NCBI GenBank assembly: GCA_964017825.1
Contig: CAXHMA010000004.1
Coordinates: forward strand, 21,716-85,715
DNA length: 64,000 nucleotides
Origin: an uncultured Alphaproteobacteria bacterium
GTDB lineage: Bacteria > Pseudomonadota > Alphaproteobacteria > RF32 > CAG-239
Direction of reading: 5' to 3'
Shown here in pieces: positions 7,966 to 17,921 of this stretch. The position numbers were made by a program, and so were the translations under genes. The notes below the pieces were generated by a model. That model was not told where the DNA came from and did no database searches. It was given only the letters and a program-made list of their open reading frames with translations. Within the stretch, counting starts at the first letter, position 1. Each line of letters opens with the position of its first letter.

Positions 7966-10665
7966 TTAACAAGCTTTTTTGCAGCAACAGCCTTCTTTTG
8001 CCGCATCAACGGCCTTCGGCTGACCTTTCTGCTTAACCGCAGCCTGAGCCGCAGCCAAACGTGCTACCGGTACACGGAACGGTGAGCAGGAAACATAATC
8101 CAATCCGCAGGAATTGAAGAATTCAATAGATGCAGGATCGCCGCCATGTTCACCGCATACGCCCAAGTGCAAATCAGGATTTGTCATACGACCCTGAACA
8201 CAAGCGCGTCTTACCAGTTTACCGACACCGTCAACATCAATGGATGCAAACGGATCTGCAACATAAACGCCTTTGGCTCTGTAGCAGTCCAAAATAGCGC
8301 CGGTATCGTCACGGCTCATACCCAAAGTCGTCTGAGTTAAGTCGTTTGTACCGAAACCGAAGAAACCGGCTGATTCTGCAATATTTTCAGCCTGCAAAGC
8401 AGCTCTCGGCAATTCAATCATCGTACCGACAAGGTAGTCAATCTTCTTGCCTTTTTCTGCGAATACTTTTTCAGCTGTCGTATCAATGATGTTCTTGCAG
8501 ATATCCAATTCTTTCTTGGAACCGATTAACGGAACTTCAATTTCAGGAGTTACTTTGATGCCTTTTGCTTCGCATTCCAAAGCAGCTTCCAAAATAGCGC
8601 GGGTCTGCATTTCGCAGATTTCCGGATATGTAACAGCCAGACGGCAGCCGCGGTGACCAAGCATCGGGTTCAGCTCATGCAATTTTTCGGCACGGGTTTT
8701 AACCTGTTCCAAAGTCATGCCCATCTTATCAGCCAATTCTTTCATTTCGGCATCTGTGTGCGGCAGGAATTCGTGCAACGGCGGGTCAAGTAAACGAACC
8801 GTAACAGGCAGACCATCCATAATCGTAAACAAGTCAATAAAGTCTTGCTTTTGATAAGGCAGCAGACGAGCCAAAGCGGCACGACGGCCTTCTTCCGTAT
8901 CAGACAAAATCATGGCGCGCATATCGGCAATGCGGTTTGCATCAAAGAACATGTGTTCCGTACGAGCCAAACCGATACCTTCAGCACCGAAATCGCGGGC
9001 TTGTTTTGCGTCTTTCGGTGTTTCGGCATTTGCGCGGACTTTCATGGTTTTAATTTCATCAACCCAGGTCATCAATTTACCGAAGTTACCGGTCATTTCA
9101 ACCTGAACAGTCGGAATCTTACCCTCAATAATCTGGCCTTTGGCACCATCCAAAGATACCCAATCGCCTTCTTTAATAACAACACCGGATTTTGTAGACA
9201 TTGTCTTGGCTTTGTAATCGATAACAATATCAGTAGAACCGGAAACGCAGGGGGTACCCATACCGCGGGCAACAACAGCCGCGTGAGAAGTCATACCGCC
9301 GCGAGCCGTAATAACACCCTGAGAAGCGTGCATACCGCCGATATCTTCCGGAGATGTTTCGTTGCGGATAAGGATAACTTTTTCACCCTTGGCAGCCCAA
9401 GCTTCAGCATCTTCAGCATTAAATACGGCACGGCCTACGGCTGCACCGGGGGAAGCCGGCAGACCGACAGCAATAACTTTCTTTTCAGCTTTCGGATCCA
9501 ACATCGGGTGCAACAACTGGTCAAGTTGGTCAGCACCGACACGCATAATAGCTTCTTCTTTGGTCAGCATGCCTTCTTCATACATTTCAACAGCCATACG
9601 AACGGCAGCAGCAGCTGTTCTTTTACCGTTACGGCACTGCAGCATCCAAAGTTTGCCGTGTTCAATGGTGAATTCCATATCCTGCATGTCTTTGTAGTGA
9701 GCTTCAAGATTGTTGCGGACATCAACCAATTCCTGATACAGGTGCGGCCATTTTTCTTCCAAAGAAGTACCGTCGCCCTTAGAAGCCATCGGCTGCGGTG
9801 TACGAATACCAGCAACAACGTCTTCGCCTTGTGCGTTAACAAGATATTCGCCGTAGTAAACGTTTTCGCCTGTTGCAGGGTCGCGGGAGAAGCATACGCC
9901 GGTAGCGCAGTCATCGCCGGCATTGCCGAATACCATGGTTTGAACGTTAACGGCTGTACCCCAGTCGCCCGGAATATTATTTAATTTACGATAGGTAATA
10001 GCGCGGTCAACCATCCAGGAACCAAACACAGCGCCGATACCTGCCCACAGCTGATCCCACGGATCCTGCGGAACAACTTTACCCAATTTCTGACCGATTT
10101 CTTTATATTCTTTTACTAATTCTTTTAAATCGTCAGCTGTCAAATCCGTATCGGATTTATAACCTTTGGATTTTTTCATATTTTCCAAAGCTTCTTCATA
10201 CAAATCCAAATCTGCGCCCAAAACAACGTCAGAGAACATTTGCAGGAAGCGGCGGTAAGAGTCATAAGCAAATCTCTCGCTGCCGGAAGCTTTTGCCAAA
10301 GCTTTAACTGTTTCGTCATTCAAACCGAGGTTTAATACGGTATCCATCATACCCGGCATGGAAACACGGGCTCCGGAACGGACAGAGAACAACAACGGAT
10401 TGTTCGCATCGGCAAATTTCTTGCCCATAATGCCTTCAACATAAGCAACAGCCTGACGGACTTGGTCTTTCAAATCAGCCGGATATGTTTTGTTGTTGTC
10501 ATAGTAGTAAGTACAAACTTCTGTTGTTACCGTAAATCCCGGAGGAACAGGCAAGCCAACCTTATTCATTTCTGCCAGGTTAGCACCTTTACCGCCGAGG
10601 AGATTTCTCATGGAAGCATCGCCTTCGGCTTTGCCGTTACCAAATGTATAAACCCATTTACTCAT
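7966..10665 (-). CDS. ppdK: Pyruvate, phosphate dikinase
   Basis: The 899 aa protein starts MSKWVYTFGNG...GGKGANLAEM and has PEP-utilising and PPDK motifs throughout. GGAG lies before the ATG. Confidence 0.95.
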   Translation of the reverse strand: MSKWVYTFGNGKAEGDASMRNLLGGKGANLAEMNKVGLPVPPGFTVTTEVCTYYYDNNKTYPADLKDQVRQAVAYVEGIMGKKFADANNPLLFSVRSGARVSMPGMMDTVLNLGLNDETVKALAKASGSERFAYDSYRRFLQMFSDVVLGADLDLYEEALENMKKSKGYKSDTDLTADDLKELVKEYKEIGQKLGKVVPQDPWDQLWAGIGAVFGSWMVDRAITYRKLNNIPGDWGTAVNVQTMVFGNAGDDCATGVCFSRDPATGENVYYGEYLVNAQGEDVVAGIRTPQPMASKGDGTSLEEKWPHLYQELVDVRNNLEAHYKDMQDMEFTIEHGKLWMLQCRNGKRTAAAAVRMAVEMYEEGMLTKEEAIMRVGADQLDQLLHPMLDPKAEKKVIAVGLPASPGAAVGRAVFNAEDAEAWAAKGEKVILIRNETSPEDIGGMHASQGVITARGGMTSHAAVVARGMGTPCVSGSTDIVIDYKAKTMSTKSGVVIKEGDWVSLDGAKGQIIEGKIPTVQVEMTGNFGKLMTWVDEIKTMKVRANAETPKDAKQARDFGAEGIGLARTEHMFFDANRIADMRAMILSDTEEGRRAALARLLPYQKQDFIDLFTIMDGLPVTVRLLDPPLHEFLPHTDAEMKELADKMGMTLEQVKTRAEKLHELNPMLGHRGCRLAVTYPEICEMQTRAILEAALECEAKGIKVTPEIEVPLIGSKKELDICKNIIDTTAEKVFAEKGKKIDYLVGTMIELPRAALQAENIAESAGFFGFGTNDLTQTTLGMSRDDTGAILDCYRAKGVYVADPFASIDVDGVGKLVRRACVQGRMTNPDLHLGVCGEHGGDPASIEFFNSCGLDYVSCSPFRVPVARLAAAQAAVKQKGQPKAVDAAKEGCCCKKAC

Positions 10666-11100
10666 GGTTATTCAGCTCCTATCAGCTTAAAGTTAGTTAA
10701 AAACAGCCGCAACACACAACCTCTCGTTAAGCATGCGGCAGAACGATAAATTCTGACAAGAACTTATAACAATAATTTGGAATATTCAAGCAAAAACTTC
10801 TTATTTTCTCTTTTAAATTAAACTTTTAAAACAAACAGCTGGCATATTTTTAAGTATCCGTCATCTCAATATAAAAAACAGACAAAGACTAATCAAAAAG
10901 ATGATTGCGCTGATTTTTCAATTTTAGGAATATATGTCCCCAAAAGAGAAAAAAAACAAATAACACTACAAATTGCATCTGTATTATTCCCGGAAGAACA
11001 GATAAAACCGGCCCAAACAGCAAAAAAGCAACCTGAAACAAAAATAAAGCAATATAAGCTTTAATATATTATATAAAACAACACCTGCTTTTTTAATCAT

Positions 11101-11808
11101 TTATCTCACCTTCACCACGGCACTGTGCCTGTATCCCGTATGATGCTCACATCTGTACGAATAGAAAAGCTTTTCGCCGCATGCCGTACAATACGGGCAA
11201 ACATCAATCTTTTTAACGCCGCATTCAAGCAGTTGCGTTTTATTTATTTCTTTCAGCCCGACAAAATATTTTCCGTCTTTTTGTACAAACCCCTGCCCTT
11301 TATCCTGAACCGTTACCGACAAAGCCTCATAAACTTCCTGTCCAACTTCATAGCAATCCGAACAAATTGCAGGCCCTATAACAACTTTAATATCCTCAGG
11401 CAAAAAACCATAATCATCTTTCAATCGGCAGACAACCTTTTTGGCTATTTGCCGAGCAGTTCCGCGCCAGCCGGCATGCGCAATAACAGCAACGCCTCCG
11501 CAATAAAAAATCAAAGGCGTACAGTCTCCAAAATTCATATAAGCCGCCCCGCTTTTTTCTATAAGCAGCGCATCTGCCTCTTTATAAAAATATTTCCCTT
11601 TTTCAACTTTGGCAATATCAGCCCCGTGCACCGGCTGATTCGTTGCCATTTTCTCTCCTAAATATATTTCAGCAATAATTCTATTGGCGGACATGTCTTC
11701 TTCTTTGGAAAACAAGCAAAAATCTCTTGTTGTGAAAAAATGTTCAATCTCCGGCAATAAGTCGGATTTTATTACTTTCTTTCCAGCAATTTCTGAAAAA
11801 TAAAACAT
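11101..11808 (-). CDS. pgeF: Peptidoglycan editing factor PgeF (YfiH/DUF152, purine nucleoside phosphorylase-like)
   Basis: The HAGWRG signature (AVIAHAGWRGTARQI) and conserved C/H residues are present. It is 235 aa. Confidence 0.75.
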   Translation of the reverse strand: MFYFSEIAGKKVIKSDLLPEIEHFFTTRDFCLFSKEEDMSANRIIAEIYLGEKMATNQPVHGADIAKVEKGKYFYKEADALLIEKSGAAYMNFGDCTPLIFYCGGVAVIAHAGWRGTARQIAKKVVCRLKDDYGFLPEDIKVVIGPAICSDCYEVGQEVYEALSVTVQDKGQGFVQKDGKYFVGLKEINKTQLLECGVKKIDVCPYCTACGEKLFYSYRCEHHTGYRHSAVVKVR

Positions 11809-12528
11809 TTAATTGCTTTCTGTTTGCTCGTCGGAAAGCCACAGCGGGTTTTTAATATTTTTTTCCAAAAATGCTCTATGGTTATCCAAATCTTCAACGC
11901 TCAGTTCAAAAATTCGCGCTTCTCTGAAAACTCTTTTAATTTCAACCATGCCGGATATATCCGATTTTTGATTTGCCGGCTTAGCCGCCAAGTCCATTGT
12001 CGGTTCGGCACCGCCCAGCAATTCCAGATAAACTTCCGCCAAAAGCTGCGCATCAAGCAGCGCTCCGTGAAACGTACGCGCCGAATTGTCAATATTAAAC
12101 CGCCGGCACAAAGCATCAAGATTGTTCCTTTGCCCCGGAAATTTATTTTTTGCAATCTCAAGTGTATCAACAGCCCTGTCCCAGCCATATTCGGCATATC
12201 CTAATCGTTTTAGTTCATAGTTGATAAACTTCATATCAAACGCGGCATTATGCGCAACCAAAACCCCGTCATCGCCGATAAAATCAATCCATTCCTGAGC
12301 CACATCGGCAAAAACCGGATAATCCTTCAAAAATTCTGTTGTTAATCCGTGAACTTTAACGACTTCTTCCGGAACTTCCCTTTCCGGATTAATATACTGA
12401 TGATACGTCCGTCCCGTCGGAACATGGTTTATTAATTCAACAGCGCCGATTTCCACCAATTTATCACCTGTTGCCGGATCAAAACCTGTCGTTTCCGTAT
12501 CAAAAACAATTTCTCTTAAAGTTTGCAT
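11809..12528 (-). CDS. dnaQ: DNA polymerase III epsilon subunit (3'-5' exonuclease)
   Basis: The exonuclease motifs are VFDTETTG (Exo I) and HNAAFD (Exo II). It is 239 aa. Confidence 0.85.
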   Translation of the reverse strand: MQTLREIVFDTETTGFDPATGDKLVEIGAVELINHVPTGRTYHQYINPEREVPEEVVKVHGLTTEFLKDYPVFADVAQEWIDFIGDDGVLVAHNAAFDMKFINYELKRLGYAEYGWDRAVDTLEIAKNKFPGQRNNLDALCRRFNIDNSARTFHGALLDAQLLAEVYLELLGGAEPTMDLAAKPANQKSDISGMVEIKRVFREARIFELSVEDLDNHRAFLEKNIKNPLWLSDEQTESN

Positions 12529-13106
12529 GTTTCAATTTCCATTACCGTATCTATTATTTGCCGTATCAAACCGCCTTCTGTCACATCTGTATCAATAACA
12601 AAATCAACTTTTTTTAATTTTTCTTCTCCGGGCATTTGCAAAGCGTTTATTTTATCAAAATCTTCGGCAGATATGCCGTCTCTCTTTATAACTCTTTCTT
12701 TTTGCTTATCATAACACAAATCTGCAAGAATAACATAATCGCAAAACTTATCCCATCCCATCTCAAACAACAAAGCCCCATCAATAAAAACAACACCCCC
12801 GTTATTTCTGTTTCTGCGGATAATTTTTCTTAAACGTTGCTCCAACAAAGGATGAATTAAACTTTCCAACACTTTCAGCTTGGTTCTGTCGTCAAAAACC
12901 AGCTGTCGTAATTTTTTTTTATCAAGTACACCGTTGTCAAAAACCTGCGGAAAATATTTTTCAATAATTTCGAGAAAATCTTTTTTATAATATAAATGCT
13001 TAACCCATTTATCTATATCATAAACAAGATAACCCTGCCGTCTTAAAACATGTGCTATTGTTGTTTTTCCGCACCCGATGGATCCGGTAATTGCTGTTAA
13101 AATCAT
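12516..13106 (-). CDS. coaE: Dephospho-CoA kinase
   Basis: The N-terminal P-loop reads ILTAITGSIGCGKTT. It is 196 aa and overlaps dnaQ by 13 nt. Confidence 0.85.
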   Translation of the reverse strand: MILTAITGSIGCGKTTIAHVLRRQGYLVYDIDKWVKHLYYKKDFLEIIEKYFPQVFDNGVLDKKKLRQLVFDDRTKLKVLESLIHPLLEQRLRKIIRRNRNNGGVVFIDGALLFEMGWDKFCDYVILADLCYDKQKERVIKRDGISAEDFDKINALQMPGEEKLKKVDFVIDTDVTEGGLIRQIIDTVMEIETCKL

Positions 13107-13608
13107 TTCCGCCTCTTTTTTTTATCAACATCTTGAAACGTTTCTGTGCATAACTATATAGTTTAAACCAAGACTATCAAACAATCACCGTTAACCAAAA
13201 GTATTACAAACTTTTATCAACAGGTTTATTTAAATATCCATACGTTGTGAATATTGTTTATAACTCACTTTTTCCACTTAACCAATCAAACCATTAAAAA
13301 TTTGTTTTAAAAACAATTTTTTAGAGTCGTACACAATCTTTTAAACAACCCTCGAAAATTGAAGATAATTTTGTGTTTATTTTTTTATCAACAGAATTCA
13401 CAAACATAAACAAATAACAAAAAAATATTTTAAATAATCTGTTTGGAAAAACACGCTGTTTATAACTTTTTCTCACTCTCATGTTTTATTAATCCGAAAG
13501 CACACTGAAAAACATTCAAAACAGAATTACATTGACATCTAAATTTTTTTCTATATAAACAAACTAATCTTATTTTTCACATTCAATTTATTTTTCCATA
13601 GGTCATAA
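13107..13608. other. AT-rich divergent intergenic region with a candidate oriC and the rho leader and promoter
   Basis: TTTTATCAACA occurs three times in the same orientation, with TTATCAACA at 13122-13130, 13214-13222 and 13385-13393. This is one mismatch from the DnaA box TTATCCACA. The region is strongly G-poor and C-rich on the plus strand. Flanking genes diverge from it: coaE/dnaQ on minus, rho/mnmE/mnmG/parAB on plus. Confidence 0.4.
13531..13560 (+). promoter_or_regulatory. Sigma70-like promoter candidate for rho
   Basis: TTGACA at 13531-13536 is followed about 15-16 nt later by tatataaac, roughly 50 nt upstream of the rho ATG. Confidence 0.3.
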
Positions 13609-14862
13609 ATGCATTTAAAAGATTTAAAGGACAAATCTCCCAAAGAACTTTTGCAGCAGGCAGAAGAAATGGGAATTGAAGACGCATCATCCATGCGTGT
13701 TCAGGATATTGTTTTCGCTATAATGAAAAAAGTTGCGGAAGATGATAATATCATATACGGTGACGGTGTTATAGAAATAATGCCCGACGGCTTTGGTTTT
13801 CTGCGCTCGTCTAAGTCAAACTATTTGGCTTCCGCCGATGATATTTATGTATCTCCCCAGCAGGTTAAGAAATACGGACTGCGAACCGGTGATACGGTAG
13901 AAGGAGAGATTCGTGCGCCCAAAGAAAATGAAAGATATTTTGCCTTAACAAAAATAAATACGATAAACTACGATGATCCGGAAAAATCTAAACTGCGTAT
14001 AAATTTTGACAATTTAACCCCGTTATATCCGACTGAAAAATTGAATTTTGATATAATTTGTGGCGATAAAGATTACACAACACGCGTAATAGATTTAATT
14101 TCACCGCAGGGAAAGGGGCAGCGCGGCCTTATTGTTGCTCCGCCTCGAACAGGTAAAACCGTTATGTTGCAAAATATTGCACATGCAATTGCAACCAATC
14201 ACCCCGAAGTTTATTTAATCGTTTTGCTCATTGATGAACGTCCGGAAGAAGTAACCGATATGACGCGTTCGGTTAAAGGTGAAGTTATTTCCTCAACATT
14301 TGACGAGCCCGCCGCTCGCCATGTTCAGGTTGCCGAAATGGTTATTGAAAAAGCTAAACGTTTGGTAGAAAACAAAAAAGATGTTGTTATCCTTCTCGAT
14401 TCCATTACCCGTTTGGGACGCGCCTATAATACGGTTCTTCCTTCTTCCGGCAAGGTTTTAACCGGCGGCGTTGACGCCAATGCTTTACAACGTCCGAAGC
14501 GTTTGCTCGGTGCGGCCCGTAATGTGGAAGAAGGCGGGTCTTTGACGATTATTGCCACGGCGTTGATTGATACGGGTTCAAGAATGGATGAAGTTATCTT
14601 TGAAGAATTCAAAGGAACCGGCAACTCTGAAATCATTTTGGATAGAAAGTTGACCGACAAACGTTTATTCCCGACAATTGATATCACCCGCTCCGGCACG
14701 CGTAAAGAAGAATTGTTGGTTGATAAAAATGTCTTGACCAAAATGTGGGTTCTCCGCCGCGTCCTTATGCAGATGGGGATGACCGATGGTATGGAATTCC
14801 TGCTTGATAAATTAAGACAAAGCAAGGATAACAATGATTTCTTCAATAATATGAATTCGTAA
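13609..14862 (+). CDS. rho: Transcription termination factor Rho
   Basis: The 417 aa protein has the Rho N-terminal domain ([15 protein letters not shown]), the RNA-binding domain and the Walker A motif PPRTGKT. Confidence 0.95.
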   Translation: MHLKDLKDKSPKELLQQAEEMGIEDASSMRVQDIVFAIMKKVAEDDNIIYGDGVIEIMPDGFGFLRSSKSNYLASADDIYVSPQQVKKYGLRTGDTVEGEIRAPKENERYFALTKINTINYDDPEKSKLRINFDNLTPLYPTEKLNFDIICGDKDYTTRVIDLISPQGKGQRGLIVAPPRTGKTVMLQNIAHAIATNHPEVYLIVLLIDERPEEVTDMTRSVKGEVISSTFDEPAARHVQVAEMVIEKAKRLVENKKDVVILLDSITRLGRAYNTVLPSSGKVLTGGVDANALQRPKRLLGAARNVEEGGSLTIIATALIDTGSRMDEVIFEEFKGTGNSEIILDRKLTDKRLFPTIDITRSGTRKEELLVDKNVLTKMWVLRRVLMQMGMTDGMEFLLDKLRQSKDNNDFFNNMNS

Positions 14863-14867
14863 AAAAA

Positions 14868-14930
14868 CGCCGGCTTGGCCGGTGTTTTTCAGAATACAAA
14901 AAAGCGGCTTTTCTGCCGCTCTTTTTTTAG
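14868..14930. terminator. Two hairpin terminators between convergent rho and a membrane-protein gene
   Basis: aaaaaaacgccggcttggccggtgtttttc and aaaaagcggcttttctgccgctcttttttt are GC stems flanked by A/T runs on both strands. Confidence 0.6.
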
Positions 14931-15721
14931 TTCTTGAATTCAATCTTTTGAACTGCTTTCAAACGATAAACTGAACTGATGTCTCCTAGGATAAATCTGG
15001 CTTCTGAATCCGAATGAATGTTTCTTACGTCAGGGTATTCAAAAGGTGAAACATAAAATTTCTCACCTTTTGCTTCAAGGATATAGAGTGTTGTCCCTTC
15101 ATAAGATTCTATTCCTATCAGTTTTACCGGTACAAAAGGTTGGGTACTTAATGCTTGTTCCAGGCGCAAATCTTCTTTATATTTTCTAATGTCAATATCA
15201 TGTAGCGCTGCTGAAAACAGCATGACACACATAATCATCATAGAAACTAAGCAACCGTTATAGTTTGTTTCTTTTGCATCTGTATCCAATCCTTCCATTA
15301 CATCTGTAAAATGCAGATAAAACGAAATGAGGGGAATATACGAATAAAGATAAACAAAAACAAAACCGGCGACAACAACGCCAATAGAATGATTTTCTTC
15401 TAATGATAATACATTCATGATAATGCCCATTAATCCGAAACAGAAGATAGACCACATCGTTACAACGTTCATACTTTCTATCGGGACATTGGCCCATCTT
15501 AGTCTAAGCAGGAAAGATAAAGCAGCCAAAAAGGATAAAGCAAAAAACATTTTATCAAAAGACCATACTGTCAGAAAAATGATCACTGTTGCAACAGCAA
15601 CAACATATCCGACAACAACATTGTATTTGCACCATAGTTTTAGTGCTTTTTTCCGAACGGGCACTTCTGCCTCTGGAGCTCCTTTTTCATTGGAGGTTTG
15701 TTTAATAATTTTTCTTTTCAT
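14927..15721 (-). CDS. Hypothetical membrane protein (N-terminal TM bundle, ~90 aa C-terminal soluble domain)
   Basis: The 264 aa ORF has 4-5 hydrophobic helices followed by a soluble tail (PFVPVKLIGIESYEGTTLYILEAKGEKFYV...) that may be a bacterial PH-like fold. I recognise no family. Confidence 0.5.
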   Translation of the reverse strand: MKRKIIKQTSNEKGAPEAEVPVRKKALKLWCKYNVVVGYVVAVATVIIFLTVWSFDKMFFALSFLAALSFLLRLRWANVPIESMNVVTMWSIFCFGLMGIIMNVLSLEENHSIGVVVAGFVFVYLYSYIPLISFYLHFTDVMEGLDTDAKETNYNGCLVSMMIMCVMLFSAALHDIDIRKYKEDLRLEQALSTQPFVPVKLIGIESYEGTTLYILEAKGEKFYVSPFEYPDVRNIHSDSEARFILGDISSVYRLKAVQKIEFKN

Positions 15722-15766
15722 AATCGTAGAGTTAATAATTTAGTTTGTGCTGTAAATATATCTAAT

Positions 15767-16447
15767 TTATTGATTTAAAGTCAATAAATAATTTTTTAGC
15801 TCAACCATATCATAAAATATATTTTTTATTCCTAATTTTTTGACAGCTTGAAGATGTTGCGTCGTCCTATTCATTTCACAACCTGTAAAAGCAACAGTCC
15901 GCATGCCGGCAGCCAGGCCGGCTTTCATACCGGCGATTGAATCCTCAATAACGACACATTCTTCGGGGTAAACCCTCATTTTATGAGCTGCCAATAAAAA
16001 TAAATCCGGTGCAGGTTTGCCACAATTAACCATATCCGCCGTAAATACCCGAGACAAATCAAAATATTTATATGCTCCGGTTATTTGCATTTTCAGAATT
16101 GTTTTTGACAGAATTCCCCCTGTTGCAATACATTGCTTAAATTGCTTTAATTTAAAAATTTCTTCAATATGCGGCGTTAAAGCAAATCCTTTCTCCATTG
16201 TTTGCTTGTCTAAATTTGCGGCTTTATTCCAAAAATTCTGGTCTGTTTTAATGTTCATCGCATCAAGAACAGCTTTTTTGGTTTTGTCGCTCATTCCTCC
16301 TAAGTATTTATTTGTTTCTGTAAAATTCCAACCGATACCCAATTCCTCATTAATTAATTTTTGACGGTTCAACAGCCATAATTTTTCGGTATCTGCAATA
16401 ACGCCGTCAAAATCCCATATGATTAATTTTATATTTTGCTTTGCCAT
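15767..16447 (-). CDS. HAD-superfamily hydrolase (beta-phosphoglucomutase/phosphatase-like)
   Basis: HAD motif I is IWDFDGVIADTE, and motif III/IV residues are present. It is 226 aa. Confidence 0.75.
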   Translation of the reverse strand: MAKQNIKLIIWDFDGVIADTEKLWLLNRQKLINEELGIGWNFTETNKYLGGMSDKTKKAVLDAMNIKTDQNFWNKAANLDKQTMEKGFALTPHIEEIFKLKQFKQCIATGGILSKTILKMQITGAYKYFDLSRVFTADMVNCGKPAPDLFLLAAHKMRVYPEECVVIEDSIAGMKAGLAAGMRTVAFTGCEMNRTTQHLQAVKKLGIKNIFYDMVELKNYLLTLNQ

Positions 16448-16578
16448 TTTTTCTCCTTTTCTGATCGTAATATAATAGTAAAAAGTTAAAAAATATTATG
16501 TATTAAAATTTAAGACAGTGTTTTTAAACTTGCTTTATGGTAAAGTCTGAATTATAACATGCTGAAAAGGAGAATAAT

Positions 16579-17913
16579 ATGTCTGATAAAACTATTTATG
16601 CCCTGTCAACGGTTTTTGGAAAATCGGGTATAGCTGTTATACGTATTTCGGGAGCTGATTGTCTTAAAATTATTGCGGAAATGACTGATATTAAAACAGC
16701 AAACATTATTCCCAGACATGCCTATTATACTCCTATATATGATAAAAAAACTAAAACGCTGCTTGATAAAGTTCTGCTTGTTTATTTCAAAGCGCCGCAT
16801 TCTTTTACCGGAGAAGATGTTGTGGAAATTAATTGCCACGGTTCAAAGGCAGTTTTAAACAGTATATTAAATGGTTTAAGCGCTTTCAGCGAACTTCGTT
16901 TGGCTGAGCCGGGAGAGTTTTCTAAACGTGCTTTTTATAATCAAAAAATGGATTTAACGGAAGCTGACGGTTTGGCTGATTTGATAGATGCGGAAACCTC
17001 TGAACAACAAAAGTACGCATTGCGCCAAATGGAGGGAAATCTTAAAAATATATATAATTCCTGGCGGGAAAGTTTGGTTAATATTTTATCAATATTGGAA
17101 GCTTTTATTGATTTTCCTGAAGAAGATATTCCTGAATCTCTTTATTCTAAAATTTTAAACACTGTATTTAAAATCAAAACGGAGATAATTAATCATTTAA
17201 AGGGTAATAATGTAAATGAACGTTTAAAGAATGGTTTTCGCATTGTTGTTGTCGGCAAAACAAACGCCGGTAAATCCAGTCTGATTAATACATTTGTTAA
17301 AAGAAATGCCGTAATTGTTTCTGACATGGAAGGAACGACGCGTGACGCTATAGACATTAATTTGGATATTATGGGATATCCGGTTGTTATTACTGATACG
17401 GCAGGTTTTCGCCAAACGGATAATCCGGTAGAACGTCAGGGGATTGATATTGCGTATCAGAAAATAGCTGATGCCGATATTGTTTTGATATTATATGATT
17501 CAAACACTGTATTTAAAGAAGAAGAATATAAAATAAATAATCCTAATGTTATAATTGTTGCCAATAAAACCGATTTATTAAATGAAAAAGAAAGAAAAAA
17601 AATTCTAAATAAAAAGCACTACTTGATTTCAGCCAAACACAATATCGGTGTTGATAAATTAATGGAAGCAATTATTGAGAATATAAAAGAAAATTTTTCA
17701 TCATCTTCAAATTGCCTGATTACCAGAATTCGTTATCGAACATCGTTGGAGGTTTGTTTGGAAAATTTAAATAATTTTTCTCTTGATAAAGAAATTGAAT
17801 TAGCAGCGGAAGATATCAGGTTGGCTTGCCGTTCGATCGGCGAAATTACCGGACAAGTTAAAGTAAACGAAATACTGGATAATATTTTCGGTACATTTTG
17901 CATAGGCAAATGA
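16579..17913 (+). CDS. mnmE: tRNA modification GTPase MnmE
   Basis: The 444 aa protein has the G-domain motifs GKTNAGKSSL and DTAG, and the C-terminal CIGK tetrapeptide. Confidence 0.95.
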   Translation: MSDKTIYALSTVFGKSGIAVIRISGADCLKIIAEMTDIKTANIIPRHAYYTPIYDKKTKTLLDKVLLVYFKAPHSFTGEDVVEINCHGSKAVLNSILNGLSAFSELRLAEPGEFSKRAFYNQKMDLTEADGLADLIDAETSEQQKYALRQMEGNLKNIYNSWRESLVNILSILEAFIDFPEEDIPESLYSKILNTVFKIKTEIINHLKGNNVNERLKNGFRIVVVGKTNAGKSSLINTFVKRNAVIVSDMEGTTRDAIDINLDIMGYPVVITDTAGFRQTDNPVERQGIDIAYQKIADADIVLILYDSNTVFKEEEYKINNPNVIIVANKTDLLNEKERKKILNKKHYLISAKHNIGVDKLMEAIIENIKENFSSSSNCLITRIRYRTSLEVCLENLNNFSLDKEIELAAEDIRLACRSIGEITGQVKVNEILDNIFGTFCIGK

Positions 17914-17921
17914 CTGTAATG

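Noticed and set aside
8845-9984. 379 aa plus-strand ORF inside ppdK
   Set aside because: It is antisense to a highly conserved, full-length PPDK. Its translation has no recognisable domains, and such long antisense frames are common in GC-richer conserved genes.
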